Part shown: in pieces, positions 1-9,728 of the stretch | Layout of the letters: each line of letters starts with the position of its first letter | Position numbering within the stretch: position 1 is the first letter of the stretch | From: an uncultured Haloferula sp. | GTDB taxonomy: Bacteria; Verrucomicrobiota; Verrucomicrobiia; Verrucomicrobiales; Akkermansiaceae | Assembly (NCBI GenBank): GCA_965652295.1 | Contig: CBFGTS010000006.1 | Location: 128,001 to 192,000, forward strand | DNA length: 64,000 nt | Reading direction: 5' to 3' | Notes under the pieces: model-generated | Seen by the model: only the letters and a program-made list of their open reading frames with translations | Database searches by the model: none | What the model was told of the DNA's origin: nothing | Program-made: the position numbers and the translations under genes

Positions 1-90
1 AAAACCGACCTGATCGACGGCGCGAACCAGACCGCGGTCGGTGTCGAAGGCGGTGATCAGGCCTTCCACTTCGAGCACGGTTTCACTCAT
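1..90 (-). CDS. Peptide ABC transporter ATP-binding subunit (OppD/DppD-like), N-terminus only, runs off the window
   Basis: Manual translation from ATG at 90: MSETVLEVEGLITAFDTDRGLVRAVDQVGF; overlaps the stop of the upstream binding-protein gene. Confidence 0.85.
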   Translation of the reverse strand, partial: MSETVLEVEGLITAFDTDRGLVRAVDQVGF

Positions 91-2224
91 CGCCGCCTCC
101 TTCCTGCTCCTCGTCGCCATCTTCCACAGGAACCACGGGAGCTTCCGTTTCCGACTCCGACGGCGCGGGCGGCGCGGGCGGCGCGGCCGCCGCGTAAGTA
201 CGATATTGATCGTACACCTGGTTGACCTCGGGGAAGGTTTTCCCCGTGCGCATGGCCTCAAGCGTCTCCTTTTTGATCTCCTGATCAATCCAGAAGATAT
301 GCGAGACATCGGGCTCGTCCGAGATTTTCACGTTGAAGTCATCCGGCCACTGCATCCACCGCCAATAGGCGACCCAGTAGAACGGGCGTTGATAGGCCGG
401 GACCCAGACGGCGCGATCATGGAAGATTTGTTCAAGCTGGCGGCTCGTCTCGATGACCGTCTCCAGGTCCCGGGCGTTGCGATTGGTCTCAAGGATTGTG
501 TCGACTTCCTTGTCCGCGAAGCTGGTGAAATTGTTGGTCATCGGCCGCGGCGTCTTGCCGTCCTCCAGAAACGCGTTCGAGGAGTGGAACTGTTGGAAGT
601 AATCGGGAAACGGCGGGGTCACCCCGAGGCCCACGTAGGCGATTTCATGCTCCTTGCGCGAGGTCTTCTGGAAGGCGGCGGTGCCGTCGAGACCCTCCAG
701 CTTGAACTCGACCCCGGCACGCTTGGCCTCCTCCTTGATGCGCAGCAGCCAGCGGTCGATCATCGGATGCTTCACGTGGGTGATCGTAAAGGAAAGCCGC
801 TCCCCCTGCTCGTTGCGCAGAATCCCGTCATTTCCGCGCTCGGTATAACCGGCGCGGGCGAACGCATCGCGCGCCTTGGCGACGGAGAACTCTCTTGCCT
901 CGATGCCCCTCGGGGAAATGCCACTGAAGCCTTCGTTGAGCAAGTTGAGACGTTCCACGTCGCCGCGGAAGTCGATCTCGATGACCTTGTCCCAGTTCGT
1001 CGCATGGCTGAGACCGATGCGGACATCGAGGTTGTCGAGCGGCGGCTGGGCCATGTTGAAATACATGCCGAAGCACGGACGCGGGTAGCCGTGATAAAAC
1101 ATCGCACGCTCGATGTAGCCCTGGAACACGGGATCGACCTCGATGCGCTCGTACCATTGCTTGGCATCGCGGATCCAATACATGTCGATGTCTCCGCGGA
1201 GGAACATCTGGAAAATCTTTTCTTCGTCGCGGACCAGCCGGTATTCGATGCGATCGACGTTGAAACGGTTCTTGTAGTATTTCCGATCCCTGGCCCACCA
1301 ATCCTGCACCCGGCTCAAGGAGATCGAGCGGCCCTTCACAATGTCCTCCGCACGGATGACATACGGACCGGCCGTGGGACGGACCCGCCAATTGTAGCGT
1401 TCCTCGAAATCCGGGCCGAACTCGCGGTAAAAATCCTCCTGGTAGGGCGTTGCCGAGGCGAAATACGGGGCCATCGGCTTCGGATTGGAGTTACGGATGC
1501 AAAGGTAGTCTTTGCCGTAGGTGGCGATGCCCCAGAACTGCTCTCCATAGTAGGTCCGGTAGAAGGGCTCGCTGAGGTAGGGCGACAGCGAGATGTAAAA
1601 GGTCATCAGGAAATCCCCCGAGGTGACCTCGCGCCCGTCCGACCAGCGCGCATCATCGTCGAGATGGAAATACACGCTCTGGCCGTCCTCCGCGACCGCC
1701 CAGCGATCGGCCAGGCCTGGAATGATTTCGGCCGTATTCGGGTGGACACCCACGAGGGCCATCTCGACGTTGTCCCAGTGGTATTGGCGGAAAAAGCCGT
1801 TGGCCTCCTTGCCCAGCGTGCGGATCGTCGACGGGAAGGTGTTCCCCGCGATGTAGGTGTGATAGGTGCCCCCCTTCACCGCCTCGTCCGAGCCGATCTC
1901 CGGCTGATCCATGCCGGTTTCCCACGCAAGGTCTGGCGGCAGGTCGCTTTCCTGAAGTTGCTCGAAATAAGCAGGTCGCTTGAGTCGGCGTCCGAGGTCG
2001 TCGAGATCGCGCCGCGCCTCGGCGTCGTCGGGATTTTCGGCCAGCTTCGCCTCGAGTTCGGCTTTCCGTTTCTCCAGCTTTTCAAGGGTTTCCCGGTTGT
2101 AACGCTCGTAGAAGGCCTCGCGCTCGGCGGTGTTGTCGTACGGCGGGAACTCCCGCGCCTTCCGGCACTGGGTCAGCAGCGGCACCACGACCGCGAGGGC
2201 GATGACGGTAAGGGTGCGGGTCAT
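83..2224 (-). CDS. Peptide ABC transporter substrate-binding lipoprotein (family 5, YejA-like)
   Basis: Start moved to ATG 2224 (ATGA overlap); lipoprotein signal MTRTLTVIALAVVVPLLTQC; motifs PGLADRW, ARWSDG, GPY, DWW, NVDRI. Confidence 0.85.
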   Translation of the reverse strand: MTRTLTVIALAVVVPLLTQCRKAREFPPYDNTAEREAFYERYNRETLEKLEKRKAELEAKLAENPDDAEARRDLDDLGRRLKRPAYFEQLQESDLPPDLAWETGMDQPEIGSDEAVKGGTYHTYIAGNTFPSTIRTLGKEANGFFRQYHWDNVEMALVGVHPNTAEIIPGLADRWAVAEDGQSVYFHLDDDARWSDGREVTSGDFLMTFYISLSPYLSEPFYRTYYGEQFWGIATYGKDYLCIRNSNPKPMAPYFASATPYQEDFYREFGPDFEERYNWRVRPTAGPYVIRAEDIVKGRSISLSRVQDWWARDRKYYKNRFNVDRIEYRLVRDEEKIFQMFLRGDIDMYWIRDAKQWYERIEVDPVFQGYIERAMFYHGYPRPCFGMYFNMAQPPLDNLDVRIGLSHATNWDKVIEIDFRGDVERLNLLNEGFSGISPRGIEAREFSVAKARDAFARAGYTERGNDGILRNEQGERLSFTITHVKHPMIDRWLLRIKEEAKRAGVEFKLEGLDGTAAFQKTSRKEHEIAYVGLGVTPPFPDYFQQFHSSNAFLEDGKTPRPMTNNFTSFADKEVDTILETNRNARDLETVIETSRQLEQIFHDRAVWVPAYQRPFYWVAYWRWMQWPDDFNVKISDEPDVSHIFWIDQEIKKETLEAMRTGKTFPEVNQVYDQYRTYAAAAPPAPPAPSESETEAPVVPVEDGDEEQEGGGDE

Positions 2225-3774
2225 TGGTAGGTGGTGAATTTTTTCGGGTCGAAGGCCTCGCGGATGGCCTCGCCGACGAAGGTGATGAGGAGCAGCAGGA
2301 CCACCATGATGGCGAAGACGGAGGTGACGATCCAAGGCGCGCCGAGATTTTCCACGCCGTCATTCAACACCCGGCCCCAGCTCGGGTAGGAGTCCGGTAC
2401 GCCGAAGCCAAGGAAGTCGAGCGCGGTGAGGGAGGCGACCACGCTGGACACACTGAAGGGCACCAGCGTGACGATGGTGGAAACGGTGTTCGGCAGGATG
2501 TGGCGGAAGATCACCCTCCCGGTGCCCGCTCCCAGGACGCGGGCGGCGCTGACGTAGTCGCGGGCCTTTTCCTTGAAGGTGGAGGTTCGCAGATAGATCG
2601 CCACCGAGATCCACGAGAAGATGCTGAAGACCAGCACGATGGTGGCGAGGTTGATGTTATCGCGGCCGAGGTTGGCGGTGATGATGAGGACGACGAGCAG
2701 GAAGGGCACGTTGCTGAGGACCTCCAGAACCCGCTGCATGAGCAGGTCGAACCACCCGCCGAAGTAGCCCATCATCGAACCGATCGCCACGCCGAGCACG
2801 TAGGTGAGCAGCAGGAAAAGGCACGAAGCTTTGAAGACGACCTGCATGCCGCCGTAGAGCTGGGCGAGGATGTCCCAGCCCTTGGAATCGGTGCCGAGCA
2901 GGTGGCCGCGCTTCAGGCTGGGCGGCAGCGGCATGTAGATGCGGCGGACCCAGTTCCCGCCCTCCGGCACCTCGATCCGCTCGGGCACGGTGGTGGCGGT
3001 GCGCACGCCCTTGTCCCAGGTTTCGCGTCCGACCGGAGCCCCGTCCTTGCCATAGACCTCCGTCGATCCCTCGGGCAGTCCGCCGCGCAGGCGACCGGCG
3101 CGGAGCAGCCGCTCCGACGCATCGGGATGATAGGCGTAGGCATAGCCATTGTAAGCCTCGCCCTTCCCTTCTTCGAAAAACCGGCCGTTCCGGAACTCAA
3201 GCGGGACCTCCATCATTTCGTCCGAATCGAAGGTGGGATCCCACGGCACCATCGGCATGAACACAAGCGTATCGCTGCCCTCCGACTGCTGCTTCAGCAA
3301 CCGATAATCGGTTTCCCCCTCGCCCTCCTGACCGAAGGTAGTGGCGGGGAAGGAGCGGGCGACAAAGGCCGGGAAATACCACTCGCCGCCGTGACGGATC
3401 GCGAGCGCACGCCTGCCGACGAGCGCCTGGTCGGCCAGCGCCAGGACCAGCAGGAAGACCAGCAGAACATACGACCCGTAGCCTCGACCCAGCGATCGGA
3501 AGCGCTCCATCTTCCTCATGGTCAGCGGGTTCCACTGGAACTTCCGACCGCGTCCGAGGGCAACCAGTCCGCAGAGCACCAACAACCCGCAGAGCGCGTA
3601 ACCGACGTAGGCTCCCTGATGCTCCCGCCAGCTTCCGGCGGGATACGAGCCCGGCGATGCATCGAACGAATACAGCCAGCGCAGGCTCGGAATCGCCCAA
3701 CCACGGTAATGCCCGTAGGTCGCCAGCACGGCGGCCAGGATCAGGAGCAGTCCGGTTTTTCGGGGGAAATTCAT
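2221..3774 (-). CDS. Peptide ABC transporter permease (YejE/OppC-like) with enlarged periplasmic loop
   Basis: HLLGTDSKGWD, EAA loop DYVSAARVLGA, RHILPN, ending GEAIREAFDP. Confidence 0.9.
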   Translation of the reverse strand: MNFPRKTGLLLILAAVLATYGHYRGWAIPSLRWLYSFDASPGSYPAGSWREHQGAYVGYALCGLLVLCGLVALGRGRKFQWNPLTMRKMERFRSLGRGYGSYVLLVFLLVLALADQALVGRRALAIRHGGEWYFPAFVARSFPATTFGQEGEGETDYRLLKQQSEGSDTLVFMPMVPWDPTFDSDEMMEVPLEFRNGRFFEEGKGEAYNGYAYAYHPDASERLLRAGRLRGGLPEGSTEVYGKDGAPVGRETWDKGVRTATTVPERIEVPEGGNWVRRIYMPLPPSLKRGHLLGTDSKGWDILAQLYGGMQVVFKASCLFLLLTYVLGVAIGSMMGYFGGWFDLLMQRVLEVLSNVPFLLVVLIITANLGRDNINLATIVLVFSIFSWISVAIYLRTSTFKEKARDYVSAARVLGAGTGRVIFRHILPNTVSTIVTLVPFSVSSVVASLTALDFLGFGVPDSYPSWGRVLNDGVENLGAPWIVTSVFAIMVVLLLLITFVGEAIREAFDPKKFTTYQ

Positions 3775-3775
3775 G

Positions 3776-5062
3776 TCACTTGTAGCTCACCCGCGGATCC
3801 ACCAGCGCCACGCAGAGGTCGGAAACCACATTGCCCACCAGCATCAGCAGCGCGGAAACGAACAGCACGCCCATGATCACCGGCTCGTCGAATTCCAGGA
3901 TGGAGCTGAAGCTCAGCAGCCCGAAACCGTTGATGTCGAACACCCGTTCGATCAGCACGCTGCCGGTCACGAAAATCGTCAGGTTCGCCCCGAAGGTCGT
4001 GGCGATGGGGATGATGGAATTCCGGAACGCGTGGCGGAAAACCGCGGTGCGGAACCCGGTGCCCTTGGCGATCGCCGTGCGCACGTAGTCGGCCGCCAGG
4101 TTGTCCATCAGGTTGTTTTTCATCAGCATCGTCATCATCGCGAACGAGCTCACCAGATAGCACACCAGCGGCAGCGCCATGTGGTGGGCGAGGTCCTGGA
4201 TTTTTCCCGTCAGGGAAAGCGACTCGAACTCGTCGCCCGTGAAGCCACCGAGCGGAAACCAGCGAAGCTGCGCGGCCAGATACACCACCATCAACGCGCC
4301 CAGCGCGTAGCCGGGGATCGCGTAGCCGGCGAAAACCAGGGCAGAGGTCACGCTGTCGAGCCACGAACGGTGACGGATCGCCTTCACCATGCCCAGCGGC
4401 AGGCAGATGGCGTAGATCAGCACCATGGAAACGCCACCGAACGCGAGCGAGACGGGGATGCGGTCGAGGATCATCGCCCACACCGGGTCCTGGTATTTGC
4501 GCGAATATCCGAGGCTACCCTGCAACAGGCCCTCGAACTTCGGCTGGAAGAACACCGCCCGCGGCTCCGGCAAGGTCGGCAGATCCACGCCCTCCACCCA
4601 GCGCTGCCAACGCACCTCCTGTTCTTCCGGGGTCACGATCCGCGCCTCCCAACCGCTCAGATCCACCCCTTGCGGCGGCTCGATCCGTGCCTGATCGCCC
4701 TCGCGGACGATCGTGACTTCGTCGATCGTTCCCGGGATCGGGATCTTCACGCGATTTTCGCCTGCGGGAAACTCCTTGCCGACCTTGTTCGTATCCCGCG
4801 GCAGCGCGCCCAGCCATTCGAGGTAGCCGCGGAGGATGCCCTTGTCCCGATCGTATTCCTCCTCGATTTCCAGCACCTGCGCGGCGGTCAGGGAAAACCC
4901 GGCCTCGGCGCGGTTGCGTTTCCCGCCTTCGCCCATCATCCGCGAAAGCGCCTGCTCGACCGGCCCGCCCGGCGTCAACCTCACGATCGCAAAGACCAGC
5001 AGCGTGATCCCGATCAGCGTGATCGGAATAAGGAGCAGGCGTCGGAGGAAGTAGGCTTTCAA
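3776..5062 (-). CDS. Peptide ABC transporter permease (YejB/OppB-like)
   Basis: YFLRRLLLIP..PGGPVE, DYVRTAIAKG, RHAFRN, ending VDPRV; TTG start. Confidence 0.9.
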   Translation of the reverse strand: MKAYFLRRLLLIPITLIGITLLVFAIVRLTPGGPVEQALSRMMGEGGKRNRAEAGFSLTAAQVLEIEEEYDRDKGILRGYLEWLGALPRDTNKVGKEFPAGENRVKIPIPGTIDEVTIVREGDQARIEPPQGVDLSGWEARIVTPEEQEVRWQRWVEGVDLPTLPEPRAVFFQPKFEGLLQGSLGYSRKYQDPVWAMILDRIPVSLAFGGVSMVLIYAICLPLGMVKAIRHRSWLDSVTSALVFAGYAIPGYALGALMVVYLAAQLRWFPLGGFTGDEFESLSLTGKIQDLAHHMALPLVCYLVSSFAMMTMLMKNNLMDNLAADYVRTAIAKGTGFRTAVFRHAFRNSIIPIATTFGANLTIFVTGSVLIERVFDINGFGLLSFSSILEFDEPVIMGVLFVSALLMLVGNVVSDLCVALVDPRVSYK

Positions 5063-5233
5063 CGGGCGAGGGTGAAACGGCGATGGCTATGCCCTTCCTA
5101 GCCCTGATCGCCCGCCTTGCAAGCCGGGGATGAGAAAGGATCAACCGGGATTCCATCGATGAACGGAAACAGAGCGACGACCAGATCCCGCCTCGCTTCG
5201 GAATTCCCCGGCACCATCTGGAGCGACGCTCAT

Positions 5234-5250
5234 GTTGAACCGAATTCAAC
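5234..5250. promoter_or_regulatory. Dyad operator GTTGAA-N5-TTCAAC (LysR-type T-N11-A box)
   Basis: Perfect 6-bp arms; the same TGAA-N5-TTCA core recurs at 7271-7283. Confidence 0.5.
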
Positions 5251-5265
5251 TTCTGCGTGAGCCGC

Positions 5266-5281
5266 AGGCATACGCCCTGCT
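5266..5281 (+). promoter_or_regulatory. Putative sigma54 -24/-12 promoter
   Basis: AGGCAT-ACGCC-CTGCT has GG and GC at canonical spacing, about 40 nt upstream of ATG 5322. Confidence 0.45.
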
Positions 5282-5321
5282 TTCGGATCGCGTCACCGAG
5301 AAACTCCCGGCGGCGAGGCCT

Positions 5322-6269
5322 ATGAATCCAGTGAATCATCCACCCTCCGTCGGATTCGTCCCCTCGATCGAGGTGCTTCCGTTTCTCGCATGGGCGGACG
5401 GCTCCGGAATCACTCCGCGAGCGTGCGCCGGATACGGGCATCTGGTCCGCGCCATGTTGACCGGAGAACTCGAGGGCGGGTTGCTGCCTTTCGAGCTGGC
5501 CGTCGCCGACCTCCTCATGCGTCCGGGCCAACGACGCGGGTGGAACATTCCCGCCGTGCTCAAAGCAGGTCCCGTCGAACCGGTTCTCAGCCACGCCGCC
5601 TACAAGAAAATCAGCCCCTCCAGCCGCCGTCGCCTCCACGCGAGCCCGATTTCCCTCGCCCTCGGCGTCGAAGCCCGCGTCAGTTTCGCCCGTCAGCAAC
5701 TCGTTCGTTGGCAACAGAACCTCGGGATGAGCCACCTCACCCCGCCGTCCTTCAAGGTCCTTCCCTTCAGCCTCATGATGAAGGCGCTGGAAAAGGCGGA
5801 AATCGATGGGTTTCTCGCCCCAGCCCCGTGGGGACTTCAGGCGGAGAAAACCGGACTCGGGAGGATCGCATCCCAGTTCGACGAGGGCGAGTTCGCCCAG
5901 CACCTCGTGCTCGTGGACCGCCACCGCGATCCCTCGTACGACCCGTATTCCCGCCTCCCGGCGGAACTACCCGCCTTCCGTGCAGTCTTCAGCGATCCCG
6001 CAGCCACCACCCGCGCCGTCCAGCGCATGACCTCACTGGGCGGGCCGACCATTGATCCCCACACCGCCTGGCAGGCGGTCGAGCGCTACCCACTGGACAC
6101 CCTGCCGGACGAATTCGCACCGGACGAGTCGTGGTTCGCCCGCCAACTTGAGATCCTTGCTGGACGATACCGTGTCAGCGTCCATCCCGGTCTCGCCGGT
6201 GAACTCGTCGCCCGCCAGACGGATCCGGGTGCCCGTCTGCTCCCGGAACCCCGGCACACGCTCGGTTAG
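5322..6269 (+). CDS. CmpA/NrtA-family ligand-binding protein lacking a signal peptide (NasS-like sensor candidate)
   Basis: VGFVPSIEVLPF and IDGFLAPAPWGLQAEKTGLG resemble NrtA motifs; no hydrophobic N-terminus; start 5322 chosen because 5232 lies upstream of the putative promoter. Confidence 0.6.
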   Translation: MNPVNHPPSVGFVPSIEVLPFLAWADGSGITPRACAGYGHLVRAMLTGELEGGLLPFELAVADLLMRPGQRRGWNIPAVLKAGPVEPVLSHAAYKKISPSSRRRLHASPISLALGVEARVSFARQQLVRWQQNLGMSHLTPPSFKVLPFSLMMKALEKAEIDGFLAPAPWGLQAEKTGLGRIASQFDEGEFAQHLVLVDRHRDPSYDPYSRLPAELPAFRAVFSDPAATTRAVQRMTSLGGPTIDPHTAWQAVERYPLDTLPDEFAPDESWFARQLEILAGRYRVSVHPGLAGELVARQTDPGARLLPEPRHTLG

Positions 6270-7198
6270 AAACCATCGGCCATCTCGATAAAGCTGAGAA
6301 GCGCCTCCATCGCCCACGAAAGCTGCATTTCCCCGGGCCAGAAAGCACAGCACGTCGCCCGCAGCCTGGCCCCCGAAAATGGAAGCTCCTTGAGCTGCCC
6401 CGCAGCCACCGAAGAGACCGCCGATGCCCTCCCCAGCACGGCGATGCCCATCCCGACCCGCGCGAACTCGCGAACGCTCTCGTAACTCGGCAAGAGCCAC
6501 TCGCGGTGGCTTCCCGGTTCCGTGAGACGGTGATCGTGAATCAATGAGAGAATCGCCGCGTGCGGAACCAGCAGGCGCCGCTTCACGAGATCCCCCGCAT
6601 CGACCCTGTCTTTGCTGGCCAGAAAATGAAACGGCGCGACATAGAAGCCGAAGTCCCCTTCAAAAAGATTCCGCCGCACGCGGTTGCCCGGCTCGCTCTC
6701 CGCAAAGCCCAGCGTGAACCTCGGAGCCCCCCCGAGGTCCACCCCACCGCCTGCTCCGGGATCATCCGATATCTCAATCCGGACATTGAATCCCGGGAAG
6801 CACTCGAAGAAATCCGGCAGAATCCGCGCAAGCGTGCTGGCACACAAGAACTCCGGCACGGTGATCTGCAGGCTCCTCGCGTCCTCATCCGCCATTGAGA
6901 CCGCCCGTCGCAGGCGCCCCACCCGCTGCAGGATGTCCTCCGCGATCGGCAACAGCCGGATGCCCGCGATCGTCAAGGTCACCTTCGGGCCGTGGCGCTT
7001 GAACAACGCGCAGGACAGCTCCTCCTCCAAGGCCCGCACCGCATGGCTGATCGCCGACGGAGTCAGGTTCAGAGCCGTGGCCGTATGGGCAAAACTCATG
7101 CCCCGCGCCGAATGCACGAAAATCTGAAGGCGCCGGATGTCAACCGGTTGCGGATCGTCGGGGATGCCGAGCGGTGCCCCGGAGGTGTGGATTGGCAT
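6266..7198 (-). CDS. LysR-family transcriptional regulator
   Basis: HTH SFAHTATALNLTPSAISHAVRALEEELSCALFKR; C-terminal VGMGIAVL; start uncertain (7198 or 7207). Confidence 0.9.
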   Translation of the reverse strand: MPIHTSGAPLGIPDDPQPVDIRRLQIFVHSARGMSFAHTATALNLTPSAISHAVRALEEELSCALFKRHGPKVTLTIAGIRLLPIAEDILQRVGRLRRAVSMADEDARSLQITVPEFLCASTLARILPDFFECFPGFNVRIEISDDPGAGGGVDLGGAPRFTLGFAESEPGNRVRRNLFEGDFGFYVAPFHFLASKDRVDAGDLVKRRLLVPHAAILSLIHDHRLTEPGSHREWLLPSYESVREFARVGMGIAVLGRASAVSSVAAGQLKELPFSGARLRATCCAFWPGEMQLSWAMEALLSFIEMADGF

Positions 7199-7210
7199 TA
7201 CCATCATCCA

Positions 7211-7226
7211 TGCACGTTCCTTGCCA
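7211..7226 (-). promoter_or_regulatory. Putative sigma54 promoter for the LysR gene
   Basis: Minus strand TGGCAA-GGAAC-GTGCA with canonical GG/GC spacing. Confidence 0.45.
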
Positions 7227-7270
7227 CAATCCAGGGAACCCTCCCCTCCCTGCCGGCCCGACCCGCAGCT

Positions 7271-7283
7271 TGAAATCTATTCA
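7271..7283. promoter_or_regulatory. LysR-type box TGAA-ATCTA-TTCA
   Basis: T-N11-A dyad in the divergent LysR/urtA intergenic region. Confidence 0.5.
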
Positions 7284-7311
7284 GCGTCGCATGCCCCGCA
7301 GCGGCCCCTCG

Positions 7312-7327
7312 CGGCACCCCGGTTGCT
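7312..7327 (+). promoter_or_regulatory. Putative sigma54 promoter of the urt-fmd operon
   Basis: CGGCAC-CCCGG-TTGCT closely matches TGGCAC-N5-TTGCW. Confidence 0.65.
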
Positions 7328-7435
7328 GATCCGGTGAGTCATGTGCGTCTCCCGTCCGGCCCGCCGGCCAGGAGACGCAGGTCCCCATGCTCCCGCAGGT
7401 TCACCGCCTTCGGTGCATCCAATCAAGCAACACCT

Positions 7436-8677
7436 ATGATCCATATGAATAGCACCAAGCACCTGCTCGGAGGTCCGTCCAAGGCATTGGCGGTTCTCCT
7501 GGCCCTTTCCTCCCAGCTAGCCCATGCGCAGGCACCTCCCACCGCCGAGGTCAACACGACGGGACTGGCCGTCACCGATAGCACGGTGACCGTCGGCCAG
7601 CTCCACTCCGCCACCGGCACGATGGCCATCAGCGAAACCGGCTCCATCCAGGCCGAGCAACTTGCCATCGATCAGATCAACTCCGCGGGCGGCGTCCTCG
7701 GCCGGCAGATCAAGGTCATTAAAGAGGATGGTGCCAGCGATTGGCCTACCTTTGCCGAAAAGGCCAAGAAGCTGCTGGTCAGCGACAAGGTCGGCACCGT
7801 CTTCGGCTGCTGGACCTCCGCCTCGCGGAAGGCCGTGCTTCCGATCTTCGAGAAGGAGAACGGGATGCTCTACTATCCCACCTTCTACGAAGGCCTCGAG
7901 CAGTCCAAGAACGTCATCTATACCGGCCAGGAAGCCACCCAGCAGATCATCGCGGGCCTCGACTGGATCGCGAAGGAAAAGAAGGCCAAGACCTTTTATC
8001 TGATCGGCTCCGACTACATCTGGCCCCGCACGTCCAACAAGATCGCGCGCAAGCACATTGAAAACGTGCTCAAGGGCAAGGTCGTCGGAGAGGAATACTA
8101 CGCCTTGGGTCATACCCAGTTCGGATCCCTCATCAACAAGATCAAGCTGAAGAAACCGGATGTTATCTACGCCATCGTCGTCGGTGGCTCGAACGTCTCC
8201 TTCTACAAGCAGCTCAAGGCCGCCGGCATCACCGCCGAGAAACAGACGCTTCTCACCATCTCCGTGACGGAGGACGAAGTCCTCGGGATCGGCGGGGAGA
8301 ACCTGAAGGGCTTCTACTCGGCGATGAAATACTTCCAGAGCCTCGACAACCCGAACAACAAGGCCTTCGTCGCGGCATTCAAAGAGAAATACGGTGCCAA
8401 CTCCGTGATTGGTGACGTCACCCAGGCCGCCTACCTCGGGCCTTGGCTGTGGAAAGCCGCCGTCGAAAAAGCCGGCAGCTTCGATATCGACAAGATCGCC
8501 GCGGCCTCCCCGGGAATCGAACTCACCACCGCGCCGGAGGGCTACGTCAAGATCCACCCCAACCACCACCTCTGGAGCAAGCTCCGGATCGGACAGTGGA
8601 ACCAGGACGGCCAAGCCACCGTGCTCTACGAGTCCGAGCTGATCGAGCCCGACCCCTTCCCGGACGGCTATCAGTGA
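7436..8677 (+). CDS. urtA: Urea/short-chain amide ABC transporter substrate-binding protein
   Basis: LHSATGTMAISE, EDGASDWPTFAEKA, FGCWTSASRKAVLP, YPTFYEGLE, GSDYIWPR; signal peptide ending AHA; start 7436 or 7445. Confidence 0.93.
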   Translation: MIHMNSTKHLLGGPSKALAVLLALSSQLAHAQAPPTAEVNTTGLAVTDSTVTVGQLHSATGTMAISETGSIQAEQLAIDQINSAGGVLGRQIKVIKEDGASDWPTFAEKAKKLLVSDKVGTVFGCWTSASRKAVLPIFEKENGMLYYPTFYEGLEQSKNVIYTGQEATQQIIAGLDWIAKEKKAKTFYLIGSDYIWPRTSNKIARKHIENVLKGKVVGEEYYALGHTQFGSLINKIKLKKPDVIYAIVVGGSNVSFYKQLKAAGITAEKQTLLTISVTEDEVLGIGGENLKGFYSAMKYFQSLDNPNNKAFVAAFKEKYGANSVIGDVTQAAYLGPWLWKAAVEKAGSFDIDKIAAASPGIELTTAPEGYVKIHPNHHLWSKLRIGQWNQDGQATVLYESELIEPDPFPDGYQ

Positions 8678-8719
8678 AGCCCCGCCTGCGACCCCGTTCG
8701 ATCGCTTGATTCATCCACA

Positions 8720-8766
8720 GGGGGAGGCCGGCCCTCCACGGCATCCGCAAGAAGCCCGCCTCCCCC
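8720..8766 (+). other. Intercistronic stem-loop after urtA
   Basis: GGGGGAGGC (8720-8728) pairs with GCCTCCCCC (8758-8766); typical of differential mRNA stability in ABC operons. Confidence 0.45.
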
Positions 8767-8796
8767 CATTCTCATTCATCTACAACCGTACTTATT

Positions 8797-9720
8797 ATGG
8801 GAGAATACACCGCAGAAGAAATCAGGAGCATCCTCATCATGCAGGGGTTCTCCGGCCTCAGCCTCTGCAGCGTACTGCTGCTCATGGGCCTGGGACTCGC
8901 CCTGATCTTCGGACAGATGGGCGTGATCAACATGGCGCACGGCGAGTTCATGGCCCTCGGCGCCTACACCGTTTATCTCTTTTCCTCCCTCACCGAAGCT
9001 CACTTCCCATCCTTCGGGCCCTACTACTTCCTCTTCGCCATTCTGGCCGCCTTTCTCATCTGCATGCTCGTCGGCGCCCTGGTGGAGTGGTTGATGATCC
9101 GGCACCTCTACCACCGACCTCTCGATACCCTGCTGGCCACCTGGGGGCTCAGCCTGATCCTCCAACAATCCTACCGCACCATCTTCGGTGCCCGCGAGGT
9201 CACCCCCACCCTGCCCGACTGGTTGATGGGATCCTTCACCTACGGTGACATCGACATCCCCATCAATGGAGTCTTCGTCCTCGGCCTGGCCATCGCAGTG
9301 ACGATTTTCCTGATGACCTTCATGTACCGGTCCGGCTTCGGGCTCCGGCTTCGCGCCACGGTTCAGAACCGCAAGATGAGCGGTGCCGTCGGCATCAACA
9401 CCGGCAAGGTCGACCGCCTCGCATTCGCCCTCGGCTGCGGCATCGCCGGCATCGCCGGTGCCGCCTTCACCACCATCGGCTCCACCGGCCCCGACAGCGG
9501 CAGCCGCTACATCGTCGACGCCTTTCTCGTCGTGGTCGCCGGCGGTGCCGCCAGCCTCCTCGGCACGCTCGCCTCCGCCTTCGGCATCGCCCAGGCCCAG
9601 TCGGTCCTCGAGTTCTTTCTCGATGGCACCAAGGGCAAGGTGGCGACCCTGCTGGTCATCGTCATCGCCCTGATGATCCGGCCCCAAGGGCTTTTCCCTT
9701 CGAAGGTTCGCGCCCACTGA
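8797..9720 (+). CDS. urtB: Urea/amide ABC transporter permease
   Basis: FGQMGVINMAHGEF, RPLDTLLATWG, IVDAFLVVV, RPQGLF. Confidence 0.92.
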   Translation: MGEYTAEEIRSILIMQGFSGLSLCSVLLLMGLGLALIFGQMGVINMAHGEFMALGAYTVYLFSSLTEAHFPSFGPYYFLFAILAAFLICMLVGALVEWLMIRHLYHRPLDTLLATWGLSLILQQSYRTIFGAREVTPTLPDWLMGSFTYGDIDIPINGVFVLGLAIAVTIFLMTFMYRSGFGLRLRATVQNRKMSGAVGINTGKVDRLAFALGCGIAGIAGAAFTTIGSTGPDSGSRYIVDAFLVVVAGGAASLLGTLASAFGIAQAQSVLEFFLDGTKGKVATLLVIVIALMIRPQGLFPSKVRAH

Positions 9721-9728
9721 GCACGTAC

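Noticed and set aside
161..190. Short CGGCGCGGG tandem repeat
   Set aside because: In-frame Pro/Ala linker codons at the SBP C-terminus
41..2230. 729-aa plus-strand ORF, and similar long antisense ORFs such as 2224..3876, 23023..26058 and 56537..57907
   Set aside because: Shadow frames opposite genes with clear motifs; expected in high-GC DNA; no recognisable domains
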